Counted from the first letter of the stretch, positions 29,495-39,505 are shown. The stretch: 47,994 nucleotides of DNA from Candidatus Sumerlaeales bacterium (GCA_038243585.1 JBBSQY010000023.1:1-47994), one strand, 5' to 3'. Program-made: numbers and translations. The notes: a model not told the origin generated them from the sequence alone.

Positions 29495-32400
29495 ATGCTG
29501 ATGTTGCTTCTGTGTGCGATATCTCCCTTATCAAGGGCAGCTCAAACGGAAGCTAATGTTAAAATTGTTGGGGATACCCGAATTGTCTCTACAACTAAAA
29601 AAGTTCTGGGTGACGCCTTCGGTGATGCTCTCCAATCCGCTCGCACGGGACAAAACTTTCATATTGTCGTTACTGGATTACCCTCTGATAATACTGTTCA
29701 GCTGGAGTTAGGGTTTGCAGAACTCCAACACTCCGCCCCCGGCGAACGGGTTTTCGACATCACAATAAACGACAAAACCGCATTGTCTGACTTTGATATC
29801 CTGGAAACCGCCGGCGGCCCTTTGCGTTCGGTGATTAAAAAATTTAACATTACCCCTGCCAAGGGTTTTCTGGATTTTCATTTTACAGCAAACACTGGCG
29901 AGGCGGCAGTTAATTATATATCCATAAATGGCGAGGGAGTCAAAAAGCTAATCACCGCGCCTGCACCCACGACCATTTCTCCGGTCATTGATGATGAAGT
30001 TGCTGTGCCCGCAGACAAGCAGGCAACTTTTGATGTTGAGACCGGAACGATAAACTTGGACAATACAGTCGAAACTTGGAACAGCGGAGTACCAATGGGA
30101 GGCATCGGAACCGGAAAATTCGAGATTCTACCCAATGGTCAGTTCGCTAATTTCACAATAAATAATTCTTGGGATTTGCCTGTGCTTCGGCCAACCGGGA
30201 CCTTTCTGGCTGTCGCTGCTAAAGCCAGTTCCGGTAGCGGATCAGCCAGGATACTTCACGTTAACCCGTCTGACCCAACCGGTAAATCAATCTGGGAAGA
30301 TTACCCTGCTATGAAAGAGGCAAAGTACGACGGACAGTTTCCGTTTGCCGCTCTGGAATTAGCTGATGACAAGTTCCCTCTAAAAGTTAAGACTGAAGCC
30401 TGGTCACCACTTATTCCTTTCAATTCTCAAGATTCGTCTCTGCCGGGAAGTGTAATCAGCGTCACTTTAGAAAACCCGAAGAATTATCCTATATCATCAG
30501 CCGTGGCTCTTTCATGGGAAGATTTAAACGGACGAGGCGGCAGTCTTTTACCTGGCGATCAGCATGGATTTTCGGGACGGTCCACTCACCATGATGCTGC
30601 TACTTCTGAGGTAACAGGCATCCACATTACATCGGATCATGTTCTTGAAGATAGAGCGGCCACGTTTTTTGGAGATTACTTTGTAGGAACGCCGATAGAA
30701 GGCGTTGTAATAACTAGAAATCTTAACTGGAATCCGCGCGGTGGAACCATTCCCTGGTGGAAGCGTTTTCAGTCGAAAGTGCGACTAGACCGTATTCCGA
30801 CAACTCCAGCCAGTGTTTCAGGTAACGATAAAAGCGGGCCTACAGCATCTACAATTTGTGTATCCGTTAACCTGGCTCCAAAAGAAATACGACGCATCCC
30901 GTTCATAGTATCATGGTATTTCCCAAAAATGATCACCCTTGATTCCGCCGCAGGAAATCCATCTATGGAAGCGCCGGATTATGCGGCGCGCTTCGGCTCT
31001 TCCCTCGGGGTTGCCTCCCATTTGGCTTCTCATCGGTTTGAGTTTAAAAAAGCCACTTCTGAATGGTCTGAAATGGTTACTCGTTCAAGCGTGCCGCAGT
31101 GGTTAAAAGCGCACGCGCTTAACTCTCTTTTCCCTATACGCTCGAACAGCGTTTACTTGAAGAATGACCGCTTCGCAATGCTGGAAGCGCCGGCAGATAT
31201 GAAAGGGATGCTTGGTCCCGTGGACCTCCGACTTGCCTCCGGGGATTTTTTACGAACCATGTTTCCCGCTTTAGAAAAGACGGAATTAAACCTATATGCG
31301 CGGGCGCAGGAAGAAGATGGGCGAATCCCCCGCTATGTTGGCAACGTCCATGGAGCGTTAGCAGGTTTTGACCCAAAACTACTGGGCGGGGATTGGATAG
31401 ATCCCACCGCCTCCTGGTTATTACAGGTGGCAATGTACTGGCGAGAAAGTGCTGACGTGGAATTTGTTGCGTCTATACGGCCAGCGCTAACAAAAGCCCG
31501 AGATTTTTTGAAATTAGAGCTGGAGAGTGATCGGCTGGATTCTGCTTTGACAATTTTTTCGGCACTCAGTCCGCAAATGAACACCGGTAATATGGCGAAG
31601 CTGAAGACTCTTGCCGCGCTAAGAGCCGCGAAGGAATTACTCCAGGAAGATCCGAGTGAAACGGAAAGTTTAATAAGCAATCAACTAAGCAGAATCAGCG
31701 AAGCTGAAACAACATCAACTTTTGCGGCGCTTTTTGCTGCAGAATTTGCCCTTCGCCAGTCGGGTTTGCCAAACTTATTTGACGACACGACACTAGGCGC
31801 AAAATTACGCGCCATATATGAAGGCAATTTTCAACAGTCCCGGCCTGTTCCTGTGATGGAATCCCAACCGGAAGCCGGCGCACCAGTTGCTGTTTCCTTT
31901 CCGGCACTGCTTCAGACGTATGTTGGATCTTTAGCGCTCTCCCTTGGAATGCCAGATATAGGACTTGAACCATACCTTCGTATGTTTCAAATAACCTACG
32001 CGGCGCAAAAAGCTCCTTGGAAAGCTGCGTTGGTTTATGACGCGCCAGCAGCTTCGAAAGCTTCTCTGCGATATCATCGTATTTCGATGTCCGCATGGTC
32101 AATTTGGCGGAGCCTCTCCGGAGTGGTCTATGATAAGCCGTCAAAACGGTTATATTTGAACCCTCAGCCTATTGATGCGTCCGACTCCGACATGGAGATA
32201 CCGGTATATACAGTGGATTTTTGGGGCTGGCTCAAGTATAATGCGACAGATTCGACTGGAACGCTGTCTATTACACACATTAACAGCGCGACTTCGGCAA
32301 CACTCGTGTCTGTTGCAGCAGGACTTGGGGTGGACGGCGTTGCCAAAAACCTAGTTACCTTTTCTGAACCCCTGGTTTTGGAGGAGGGCGCAACGATCAC

Positions 32401-32587
32401 GCTGGACGGCTGGCCAAAAAAGTCTGCCGGTACAGTTCGCACGCAAAAGCCGCAGCTTCCGGAAACAGTGAGTAATGAAACAACAGAAACACTGACACTG
32501 GACGACGGCTCAACAACTGCGTCGGATTCGACCGATAATGCAACGACTACTTCAGTTCAAACGTCGGGCACCGAAGAATTGGATTAG
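29495..32587 (+). CDS. Secreted GH116-like (GBA2/beta-glucosidase family) protein with N-terminal malectin-like domain
   Basis: Signal peptide MLMLLLCAISPLSRA (start moved to ATG 29495); LGFAEL...GERVFDITIN...FDI malectin motif; GVPMGGIGTG, EAWSPLIP..DSSLP, F.VSWYFP of the GH116 N-domain. Confidence 0.75.
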   Translation: MLMLLLCAISPLSRAAQTEANVKIVGDTRIVSTTKKVLGDAFGDALQSARTGQNFHIVVTGLPSDNTVQLELGFAELQHSAPGERVFDITINDKTALSDFDILETAGGPLRSVIKKFNITPAKGFLDFHFTANTGEAAVNYISINGEGVKKLITAPAPTTISPVIDDEVAVPADKQATFDVETGTINLDNTVETWNSGVPMGGIGTGKFEILPNGQFANFTINNSWDLPVLRPTGTFLAVAAKASSGSGSARILHVNPSDPTGKSIWEDYPAMKEAKYDGQFPFAALELADDKFPLKVKTEAWSPLIPFNSQDSSLPGSVISVTLENPKNYPISSAVALSWEDLNGRGGSLLPGDQHGFSGRSTHHDAATSEVTGIHITSDHVLEDRAATFFGDYFVGTPIEGVVITRNLNWNPRGGTIPWWKRFQSKVRLDRIPTTPASVSGNDKSGPTASTICVSVNLAPKEIRRIPFIVSWYFPKMITLDSAAGNPSMEAPDYAARFGSSLGVASHLASHRFEFKKATSEWSEMVTRSSVPQWLKAHALNSLFPIRSNSVYLKNDRFAMLEAPADMKGMLGPVDLRLASGDFLRTMFPALEKTELNLYARAQEEDGRIPRYVGNVHGALAGFDPKLLGGDWIDPTASWLLQVAMYWRESADVEFVASIRPALTKARDFLKLELESDRLDSALTIFSALSPQMNTGNMAKLKTLAALRAAKELLQEDPSETESLISNQLSRISEAETTSTFAALFAAEFALRQSGLPNLFDDTTLGAKLRAIYEGNFQQSRPVPVMESQPEAGAPVAVSFPALLQTYVGSLALSLGMPDIGLEPYLRMFQITYAAQKAPWKAALVYDAPAASKASLRYHRISMSAWSIWRSLSGVVYDKPSKRLYLNPQPIDASDSDMEIPVYTVDFWGWLKYNATDSTGTLSITHINSATSATLVSVAAGLGVDGVAKNLVTFSEPLVLEEGATITLDGWPKKSAGTVRTQKPQLPETVSNETTETLTLDDGSTTASDSTDNATTTSVQTSGTEELD

Positions 32588-32664
32588 TTCCTGGTGAGTT
32601 TAACGCTTACCGTAAGGTGACTTCCCCAGCGGCATACCAGCAGCGAATGTTTTTTCATATTAGA

Positions 32665-33393
32665 CTAGCGATGAGTGCGCCAACGCTCTCGAGGATCGAC
32701 GTAACGTGGTTTTTTCCGAAATGGGATACGCAAAGCCGGTATCCACCGGAAAAGTTGTGGGTATCTCACATACAGAAACCCGAATAGCAGACCACCAAGG
32801 TGAGTCAGGTGTGCAATGTTTCCCTGGCTTCCGCCGGCGCTTATAAAAGTCAGTAGCGCCATTATCGCAACCAGGTATTTTAGCTTGATCGGGATAAAGA
32901 ATTGAAAATAGACGATATCGTCGGGGTAATAAAGCGCACACGCTATCATTACCCCATACACCACGCCGCTGATTCCCACAATTAAGGCGCTCATAGAAAA
33001 ATTTGCGGTGAGATGAAGCATTCCCGTCACTACCAGATGGGTAAGCACGGCACCGGCACCTACGATTAAACAAAATCTCGTGAACTGTGCAGATCCCCAT
33101 CGGTGTTCCAGCCGCTGGCCAAAAAAATAAAGGCCCAGTAGATTAAAAAACAAGTGTCCAAATCCCGCATGAACAAATGCGTACGTTACAAGCTGCCAGA
33201 TTCGACCCTTCAGTATCGTATCACCTACGCTTGCACCCAGCCAATGGTATATGAAACCGCCGACGTTTGGTGATACAGACGATCCTACTAGCAGGAAAAG
33301 ATAGACGCCTACGCAAAGATAGATAATCCACTTTACCACAGGAGACAGCACATTGCTTAAGTTAGCGTCAAGTTCGCGGAAAAAGTTTCTCAT
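32665..33393 (-). CDS. Rhomboid intramembrane serine protease
   Basis: WQLVTYAFVH, HLFFN, GISG catalytic Ser, AHLTHLGG catalytic His. Confidence 0.9.
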   Translation of the reverse strand: MRNFFRELDANLSNVLSPVVKWIIYLCVGVYLFLLVGSSVSPNVGGFIYHWLGASVGDTILKGRIWQLVTYAFVHAGFGHLFFNLLGLYFFGQRLEHRWGSAQFTRFCLIVGAGAVLTHLVVTGMLHLTANFSMSALIVGISGVVYGVMIACALYYPDDIVYFQFFIPIKLKYLVAIMALLTFISAGGSQGNIAHLTHLGGLLFGFLYVRYPQLFRWIPALRIPFRKKPRYVDPRERWRTHR

Positions 33394-34790
33394 GAATTCG
33401 CCTCTATAAAAGTGATTTCCGCACCCAGCTTGGCAAGGTGGTCAAAATAGCTCGGGTAAGATTTCCTGACCTGGTGAGCCCTTAATATGCGAACAGGCTT
33501 TCGGCAGCGAAGCGCGACAATGGACAACAGCATTATGACCCGATGATCATCCCGTCCATCTACGGTAACGCCACCCTCGTAGCCCATAGGGTTACCCTCT
33601 ATGATTATTGCATCCGGGTCGGCGTCGCCGAGTTCCTGCCCCTCCCAGCACTTTACGCCAAGTTTTCTTAGTTCGAAAATAGGATCAGATATACGGTCGC
33701 ATTCCTTGATGCGCAAGTTGCTTACATTGTAAAATCTAGTACGGCCGGAAGCAAAGCAGGCCGCTCCCATAAGCGCAAGAACGGCATCTGTCGCCAGATC
33801 TCCATCAAAATTTACGCTGGTTAGATTTCCGCTGCTCTGCAAGCAGACTCCATTGCCTGCCTGATTGTAATCGAAATGAGCGCCCATCTGACGGAGAACA
33901 TCCCCTGCGGCCTTCTCGCCCTGCTCGTCGTTGAACAAGTCTTTAAGTTTAAGTTCCCCGCCAGTGACCGCTGCGGCGACCAGAAGAGCGGCGCTGCCAG
34001 GCCAATCACCGTTTACGTTAAAGCTGCCTGATTTATAAGTGCCAGGCTGCACAACGTAATTCATCAGGTCGTCTGTTGCTGAAATCTCTATGCCTGATTT
34101 TCTCAATACCTCAAGTGTCTGGCGAATCGGAGCTTTGGATACAAGAGCTTCGGATACATGAATACGAACCTCCTCCCCTATTAACGGGGAAAGGAACAGA
34201 AGACCGCTAAGAAACTGTGAGCTGCGGGCACCGCTAATAGTTACATCGCCTCCGCGTAACCGGCCACCTTGCAAGGTAATTGGCAACAGCCCTGACGGCG
34301 GAGTTGTCTCACAACCAAGCTGATTCAGCGCATCGAGCAGGTCTGCATTTGGGCGGATGCCAAGAGACTGAGGGTGATCAGTAACAAAAGTAACCGTGGG
34401 AAGCAGTGCACCCACGGCCAGCAGAAAACGAAGCACCGCACCCGCGTTGCCTGGATTAACAGGTTCTGAGTCGACAAGAGATGGACGGCCATTTACGCCT
34501 TTAATCCGAAAGTTGCTGATCGTGCCCACTTCAGACTCAGGAATAATTTGGGTCCCCATCTGGATCAGGCACCGTTGCATCGCGATTGAATCAGCACTGG
34601 TAGCGCAGTTGATCACCCGACTTTCTCCATCGCCAAGGGCCGCCGCTAATAGATATCTCGTAGTGTAGTTTTTAGAAGGTTGGGCGTCTAAATTGCCCGA
34701 TAAGGGGTGTCTTGCCGGATGGACAAGGACATCGTACGATTTGTCAGAGGCTGGAGGCAGGGATTTAATCCTCATTGAGGAGCTAGACAT
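33390..34790 (-). CDS. aroA: 3-phosphoshikimate 1-carboxyvinyltransferase (EPSP synthase)
   Basis: PSKNYTTR, GNAG, SSQF, LRIKECDRI, DHRV, KSYP. Confidence 0.95.
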   Translation of the reverse strand: MSSSSMRIKSLPPASDKSYDVLVHPARHPLSGNLDAQPSKNYTTRYLLAAALGDGESRVINCATSADSIAMQRCLIQMGTQIIPESEVGTISNFRIKGVNGRPSLVDSEPVNPGNAGAVLRFLLAVGALLPTVTFVTDHPQSLGIRPNADLLDALNQLGCETTPPSGLLPITLQGGRLRGGDVTISGARSSQFLSGLLFLSPLIGEEVRIHVSEALVSKAPIRQTLEVLRKSGIEISATDDLMNYVVQPGTYKSGSFNVNGDWPGSAALLVAAAVTGGELKLKDLFNDEQGEKAAGDVLRQMGAHFDYNQAGNGVCLQSSGNLTSVNFDGDLATDAVLALMGAACFASGRTRFYNVSNLRIKECDRISDPIFELRKLGVKCWEGQELGDADPDAIIIEGNPMGYEGGVTVDGRDDHRVIMLLSIVALRCRKPVRILRAHQVRKSYPSYFDHLAKLGAEITFIEANS

Positions 34791-35067
34791 TTTCCTCTAC
34801 ATGATTACCGATATCTAGTTTTCCGGACAGGTAATCGAAAACCGACGCTATCAGAAAGGCGCACATAATAAACCCGAAAAAAAAGTATAGACCTGCAAAG
34901 TCGCGCAACAAGATACGAACGATGATTAACTGCACAATACAGAAAACGTCAAACGTAAGGTTCAACTTCAGGTAATCGCTTATCCCGAGTGGCCCTGCGC
35001 TCAAGTCGTCCGAAACATGCCGCATCCGTTCCGGACGACTGCTTTTGTATTGCTTACTGCGCGCCAT
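34783..35067 (-). CDS. Small membrane hypothetical protein (two hydrophobic segments)
   Basis: 94-aa ORF overlapping neighbours on both sides within an operon. Confidence 0.6.
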   Translation of the reverse strand: MARSKQYKSSRPERMRHVSDDLSAGPLGISDYLKLNLTFDVFCIVQLIIVRILLRDFAGLYFFFGFIMCAFLIASVFDYLSGKLDIGNHVEENV

Positions 35068-37762
35068 TAATCGACAATGTGTTCAGTTTTTTTTTAACAT
35101 CTTTATGGTCAGGGTCTAACTCAACGGCGCGTTCATACATTTGCTTAGCCAGTTCAATTTTCCCCTGCTTTTCATAAATTTCGCCAAGATGCGCAAATAT
35201 CTCGGCGTCTTCATAATGGCGTGAAGCACGTTCCACATAAGCTTCGGCACCTGCAAGATCACCCATTTTAAAAAGAATCCAACCCATGCTGTCTAAAATA
35301 TGAGGAGCTGTCGGATTTACGTCCAGAGCCTGCGATACGAGAGCCTTGGCTTCTTCCAGTTTAACGCCGCGGTCAGCAAACATATAGCCTAAAGCGTTCA
35401 AGGCATTAGCGGACGTGGGATTCACTTCAATCGCTTTACGAAATTGCTTCTCCGCCTGCACATAGCGCTCCTGGTCCAGATATACGGAACCCAGGAAATA
35501 ATAGGCATCGTCGCTTTTCCCGCTGGTCCGCTTAATCAGGTCAAGAAACGCCTTCTCAGCCTGCGGATATTTTTTCTGCTTATAATACACCATGCCTGTC
35601 ATCATCAGGACGGCTTCAGGATCCGTGTTGTTAAACTTTTTCCGTGCCTCTTCTACAAGTTTAACACTTTCGTTATACCTTTTAGCCTCGTTGTAGGCAT
35701 CCACCAGATACTGGTAGTAATTAAGGTCCATAAGATTGTTGGACAGCAACTTCTTATAAATAGTAATAGCCTTGTCATAGTCTGCCGACGCCAAATAGAT
35801 TTCTGCCTTTAGCTGTTCTACCTTTTCCTGATCCTTCATCCTGCCGCCAAATTCTTCGACGTATGAAAGACCTCGGCTATAAAGCTTCTGTCGGTTCACA
35901 ATGCCTACGAGCCGGGCCAGGTAATCAAGCTTCTCGGGGCTCTCGCGCAAGGCCGACACATACAGCTCTATAGCCTTCTCGGTCCTGCCAGAGTTAAAAT
36001 AAAACTCAGCAGCCACAGAATACACCACGTCTTTAGCTACGCCGGCCGCACCCGCTGTGCGGGATGTTATTTCCTCTGCTGCTGTGGTATTTCCTTCTTC
36101 AAGGTACAGGGACATCAGCTCACCAAACAAAGGCAAGTTGTCCAACTCCAGGTCATAGGCTTTTCTAAGGGTATCGAGCGCCTTTTGGTTTTGATCCATA
36201 GAACGATAAAACTTACCCATAACCGCGAGTAACTCAGGCTTGGCACCAACCTTAGCAACAGCCTCTTCCATAACGGCTACTGCTTCGGTCGTACGCTTGT
36301 CGTTTTCAAGCAGTGCAGCAAGGCTGATATAAAGTTTTTCAGCACTGGGATTGGCTTTAATCGCTTTTTCATAGATAGCAACGGCCTGGGCTTTATCTTC
36401 TTTAGCCAACAGCGTGCTTGCTACAGCATCATACAGGTCAACGTTTTCAGGATTGATCTCCACAGCCCTGGATAAAAACTCTCCAGCTTTGTCATAATCC
36501 TTTTGCTCAGAGTATAGCTTTCCCAAAAGTACGAGGGCTTCTACGTTTTCCGGGTCGATCTGTAGTATTTGCTCGTACTGCTTGATAGCTTCTTCAAGCT
36601 TCTCTTCAGCTTCCAATCGCTGGCCAAACAAACGACGTATTTCCGTGTTGACAGGATACTCGTTTACAAACTTTTCGTACTCAGCCAACGCCTTAACCTT
36701 GTTGGAACCATGAATCTGCTGGACCAACGATTCAAAGCTTCGCAAGAGGTCAGCATTCCGCGGTTCCACCAGCAGTGCCTGCTTATAAAGTTCGAGGGCA
36801 TCACCGTATCGTTTCAGACGCTCGAAAAGCTGGCCAAGATAGATGTACCCACCAATAAAACCTGGTCGCTGCTCAATTACTTTCTTATAATATTGAACAG
36901 CCTCTTCAGGACGATCCATACGAGATAGCACTTGTGCCAGAACGAGCAGCGAGTATGTATCTCGGGGATCTACTGCAACCACGTCCCGATACACTGCGAT
37001 AACTTTTTGAACTTCCTGTTGCTGCACGTACGCTTTCGCCAGTGTGCGGAGAACTTCTAAATTTTTTGGCTGCACGCTTCGCGCTTTTTCCAAAGCTTCG
37101 ACAGCCTTTTTCAAAACTGATGTCTTCTCATCACCATTTGCTGTTTCAGCCGCAACCAGATAGGTATCCGCCAAAACTCGCATGGCTTCAACGTTAGTAG
37201 TTTGCTGATCCAACACACGATCCGCCAGTTCTCGCGCTTCAGCTACCTCTTTAACCGCAAGTCTGGCACGAGCTGCATCCAGCAAAATATGTGAGTTATC
37301 CGGATCGGATTTGAGAGCTTCTGTAAACTCATCAATAGCACGCCCCGGCTGGCCAAGTTCCAGATAATACCAGCCCATAAAATAATGGCGGTGTGCCATC
37401 AGGTCAGCTTTTTCTTCTTCTGTAGGCGTAGTGGCTTTAGTGACCCATAACGTACCGGGCAAAATGCCAACCGCATTAAGCCGCTGAGTCCACTCAGGTC
37501 CAACAGGCAAAAGCGTAAGACCGTTTAGAGGCGCGGTAAAGCCAGTTGAAGTGCCTGAATCGTTTCGAATTGAACTCGCGATAGAATCGGAGGTCGCGTC
37601 CGTCAGAAATGTTGAAGTTGTAGTTAGCCGGTCTGCCGGCTCAGCCAATTCCACAGCCATAGTCGAAGTTGTTGCAACTCCTGTGGCCGACGTAGAAACG
37701 TCTGCGCCGCAGACCCCAACCCCCAGGAAAACCAGCGTCGTGAGACATGTGAACTTATTCAG
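35054..37762 (-). CDS. Exported tetratricopeptide-repeat protein (probable CTG start)
   Basis: Many TPR units; C-terminal ALNALGYMFADRG..L..A...DSMGW motif. In-frame extension to CTG 37762 supplies a signal peptide and sits behind a GGAGG SD. Confidence 0.85.
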   Translation of the reverse strand: MNKFTCLTTLVFLGVGVCGADVSTSATGVATTSTMAVELAEPADRLTTTSTFLTDATSDSIASSIRNDSGTSTGFTAPLNGLTLLPVGPEWTQRLNAVGILPGTLWVTKATTPTEEEKADLMAHRHYFMGWYYLELGQPGRAIDEFTEALKSDPDNSHILLDAARARLAVKEVAEARELADRVLDQQTTNVEAMRVLADTYLVAAETANGDEKTSVLKKAVEALEKARSVQPKNLEVLRTLAKAYVQQQEVQKVIAVYRDVVAVDPRDTYSLLVLAQVLSRMDRPEEAVQYYKKVIEQRPGFIGGYIYLGQLFERLKRYGDALELYKQALLVEPRNADLLRSFESLVQQIHGSNKVKALAEYEKFVNEYPVNTEIRRLFGQRLEAEEKLEEAIKQYEQILQIDPENVEALVLLGKLYSEQKDYDKAGEFLSRAVEINPENVDLYDAVASTLLAKEDKAQAVAIYEKAIKANPSAEKLYISLAALLENDKRTTEAVAVMEEAVAKVGAKPELLAVMGKFYRSMDQNQKALDTLRKAYDLELDNLPLFGELMSLYLEEGNTTAAEEITSRTAGAAGVAKDVVYSVAAEFYFNSGRTEKAIELYVSALRESPEKLDYLARLVGIVNRQKLYSRGLSYVEEFGGRMKDQEKVEQLKAEIYLASADYDKAITIYKKLLSNNLMDLNYYQYLVDAYNEAKRYNESVKLVEEARKKFNNTDPEAVLMMTGMVYYKQKKYPQAEKAFLDLIKRTSGKSDDAYYFLGSVYLDQERYVQAEKQFRKAIEVNPTSANALNALGYMFADRGVKLEEAKALVSQALDVNPTAPHILDSMGWILFKMGDLAGAEAYVERASRHYEDAEIFAHLGEIYEKQGKIELAKQMYERAVELDPDHKDVKKKLNTLSINGAQ

Positions 37763-38652
37763 AATAAGCCTCCCCAGCGTAACTTGTTACGCAGTTTTCC
37801 AAAAAAATCATTTTCAAATACCATCAAAGGCAGGTACATTGGTGCCATGGAAATCTTTAGTGTTTCGTTATCGGCAATAGTTTGCCAAGGTTGGCCATCG
37901 GTCAAAATCTGGGCAGAATCCCCTGGCCGACGCTGTCGTAGTGTCACTTCGATGGTCACTTCGCCAGGCACTACTAGTGGTGAAACCCTCATTCGATGGG
38001 CGCACAACGCGTTTAGTATGAAAGCGTCCATATTTGGATACACTACAGGCCCGCCGGCTGCATAGTTATAAGCGGACGACCCCGTCGGCGTAGAGATAAT
38101 TAAAGCGTCGGCGGCAATATCAGTGACAATCTGCCCATCAATAGTAATCCCGAGGGTTACCATGTGACCCCACGCGCTTTTCGATATCACAACATCGTTT
38201 AGAGCAAGGATAAGCGATGGAGGCTGTTGCTGAGACGCCGCTAACTCAATTTGCAGCATCATCCTGTTCTCAATTTCGCATTCGCCGGACAGGACTAGCG
38301 ACAGGCATTCATCCAGGTTATGAGGACTCACCTGTGTATGAAAGCCAAGACTGCCCAAATTGACTGAGAGTACGGGAATCTGAGCTTTCGCCACAAGTTG
38401 TGCCGCGTACAGCAGCGTGCCGTCACCTCCCATGGTAATCAGCAGTTCCGCTTCGGAATACCTTTTAGCAAGTTCATCCTGATCTGTGACGCCAAACGGG
38501 TTATGATCGGGAGGGCTATCTTTAAATTGGCCGTTCGTATTGGACACAATTTGGTAGCCGTTATGGGACGCCCAAGCTGCAACCTGGGCAAAAATCTGTT
38601 CTACGCCGGATTTTTCCATGTTCGCCAGCACACCGATGGTTTTAGCGGTCAT
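37759..38652 (-). CDS. nadK: NAD kinase
   Basis: GGDGT, NLGSLGF, ALND, STPTGSSAY..AAGGP. Confidence 0.95.
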   Translation of the reverse strand: MTAKTIGVLANMEKSGVEQIFAQVAAWASHNGYQIVSNTNGQFKDSPPDHNPFGVTDQDELAKRYSEAELLITMGGDGTLLYAAQLVAKAQIPVLSVNLGSLGFHTQVSPHNLDECLSLVLSGECEIENRMMLQIELAASQQQPPSLILALNDVVISKSAWGHMVTLGITIDGQIVTDIAADALIISTPTGSSAYNYAAGGPVVYPNMDAFILNALCAHRMRVSPLVVPGEVTIEVTLRQRRPGDSAQILTDGQPWQTIADNETLKISMAPMYLPLMVFENDFFGKLRNKLRWGGLF

Positions 38653-38680
38653 GGATTTTTGGTCTGATAATAAGTGGCAA

Positions 38681-39505
38681 TCATTTGGACGGTGTTCCGG
38701 CAGATCGTATTACTTCGTCAATATCAATATGTACAGGTGCTTGATCTTGGCTTCCAATACCAATTCCAACATGGCACAGAAATTCGATGTTGCCGGAACC
38801 TCCGGCAATTGGCGATGGGATGAGACCGCGAACCAACCAACCCTGTCGAGATAATTCTTCCAGCACAGTTACGAGAACCTCGCGGTGAACCGACCGTTCT
38901 CGAATAACGCCGCGACCCCGCGAAACGGCCTGACGCCCTGCCTCGAACTGCGGTTTAATAAGGAGAACGGCAATTCCATCAGGAGTGAGGACATTAATCA
39001 GCGGATCCGTAATTCGCAGAATGGAAATAAATGAAACATCGACCACGGCGATTTGCGCCGCAACAGACATCGCCTCTGAGGTTAGATTTCGAGCATTGGT
39101 ATGTTCCAGCAAGGTAACGCGTTTGTTATGTCGGATCCTCTCATGCATTTGCGTAGCCCCCACATCGACAGAATATACATGGCCCGCACCGTGTTGCAGA
39201 AGACAGTCTGTAAATCCACCGGTGCTTGCCCCAATGTCAACGCATACACAATCAGTTACGGAAATCCTAAACGCGCGTAGTGCCTCCTCGAGTTTTAATC
39301 CGCCCCTGCTTACGTACTTTTCCTTTGCTTTTACCGTGATCAGAATTTCAGTATCAACCACTAGTCCAGGCTTTGGAAAATTAATTCGCTCAATTTCAAC
39401 GGCACCGGAGAGTATAAGTCGCTTGGCTTGCTCACGACTGTCGGCAAAGCCACGATGAACCATGAGCACATCAAGTCGTTCTTTATTGTTGTTTTTTTGG
39501 CCCAT
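38681..39505 (-). CDS. tlyA: TlyA family rRNA 2'-O-methyltransferase
   Basis: KERLD S4 domain, YVSRGGLKL, DIGASTGGFTDCLLQ, DVSFIS, IKPQFE, GNIEF. Confidence 0.95.
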   Translation of the reverse strand: MGQKNNNKERLDVLMVHRGFADSREQAKRLILSGAVEIERINFPKPGLVVDTEILITVKAKEKYVSRGGLKLEEALRAFRISVTDCVCVDIGASTGGFTDCLLQHGAGHVYSVDVGATQMHERIRHNKRVTLLEHTNARNLTSEAMSVAAQIAVVDVSFISILRITDPLINVLTPDGIAVLLIKPQFEAGRQAVSRGRGVIRERSVHREVLVTVLEELSRQGWLVRGLIPSPIAGGSGNIEFLCHVGIGIGSQDQAPVHIDIDEVIRSAGTPSK

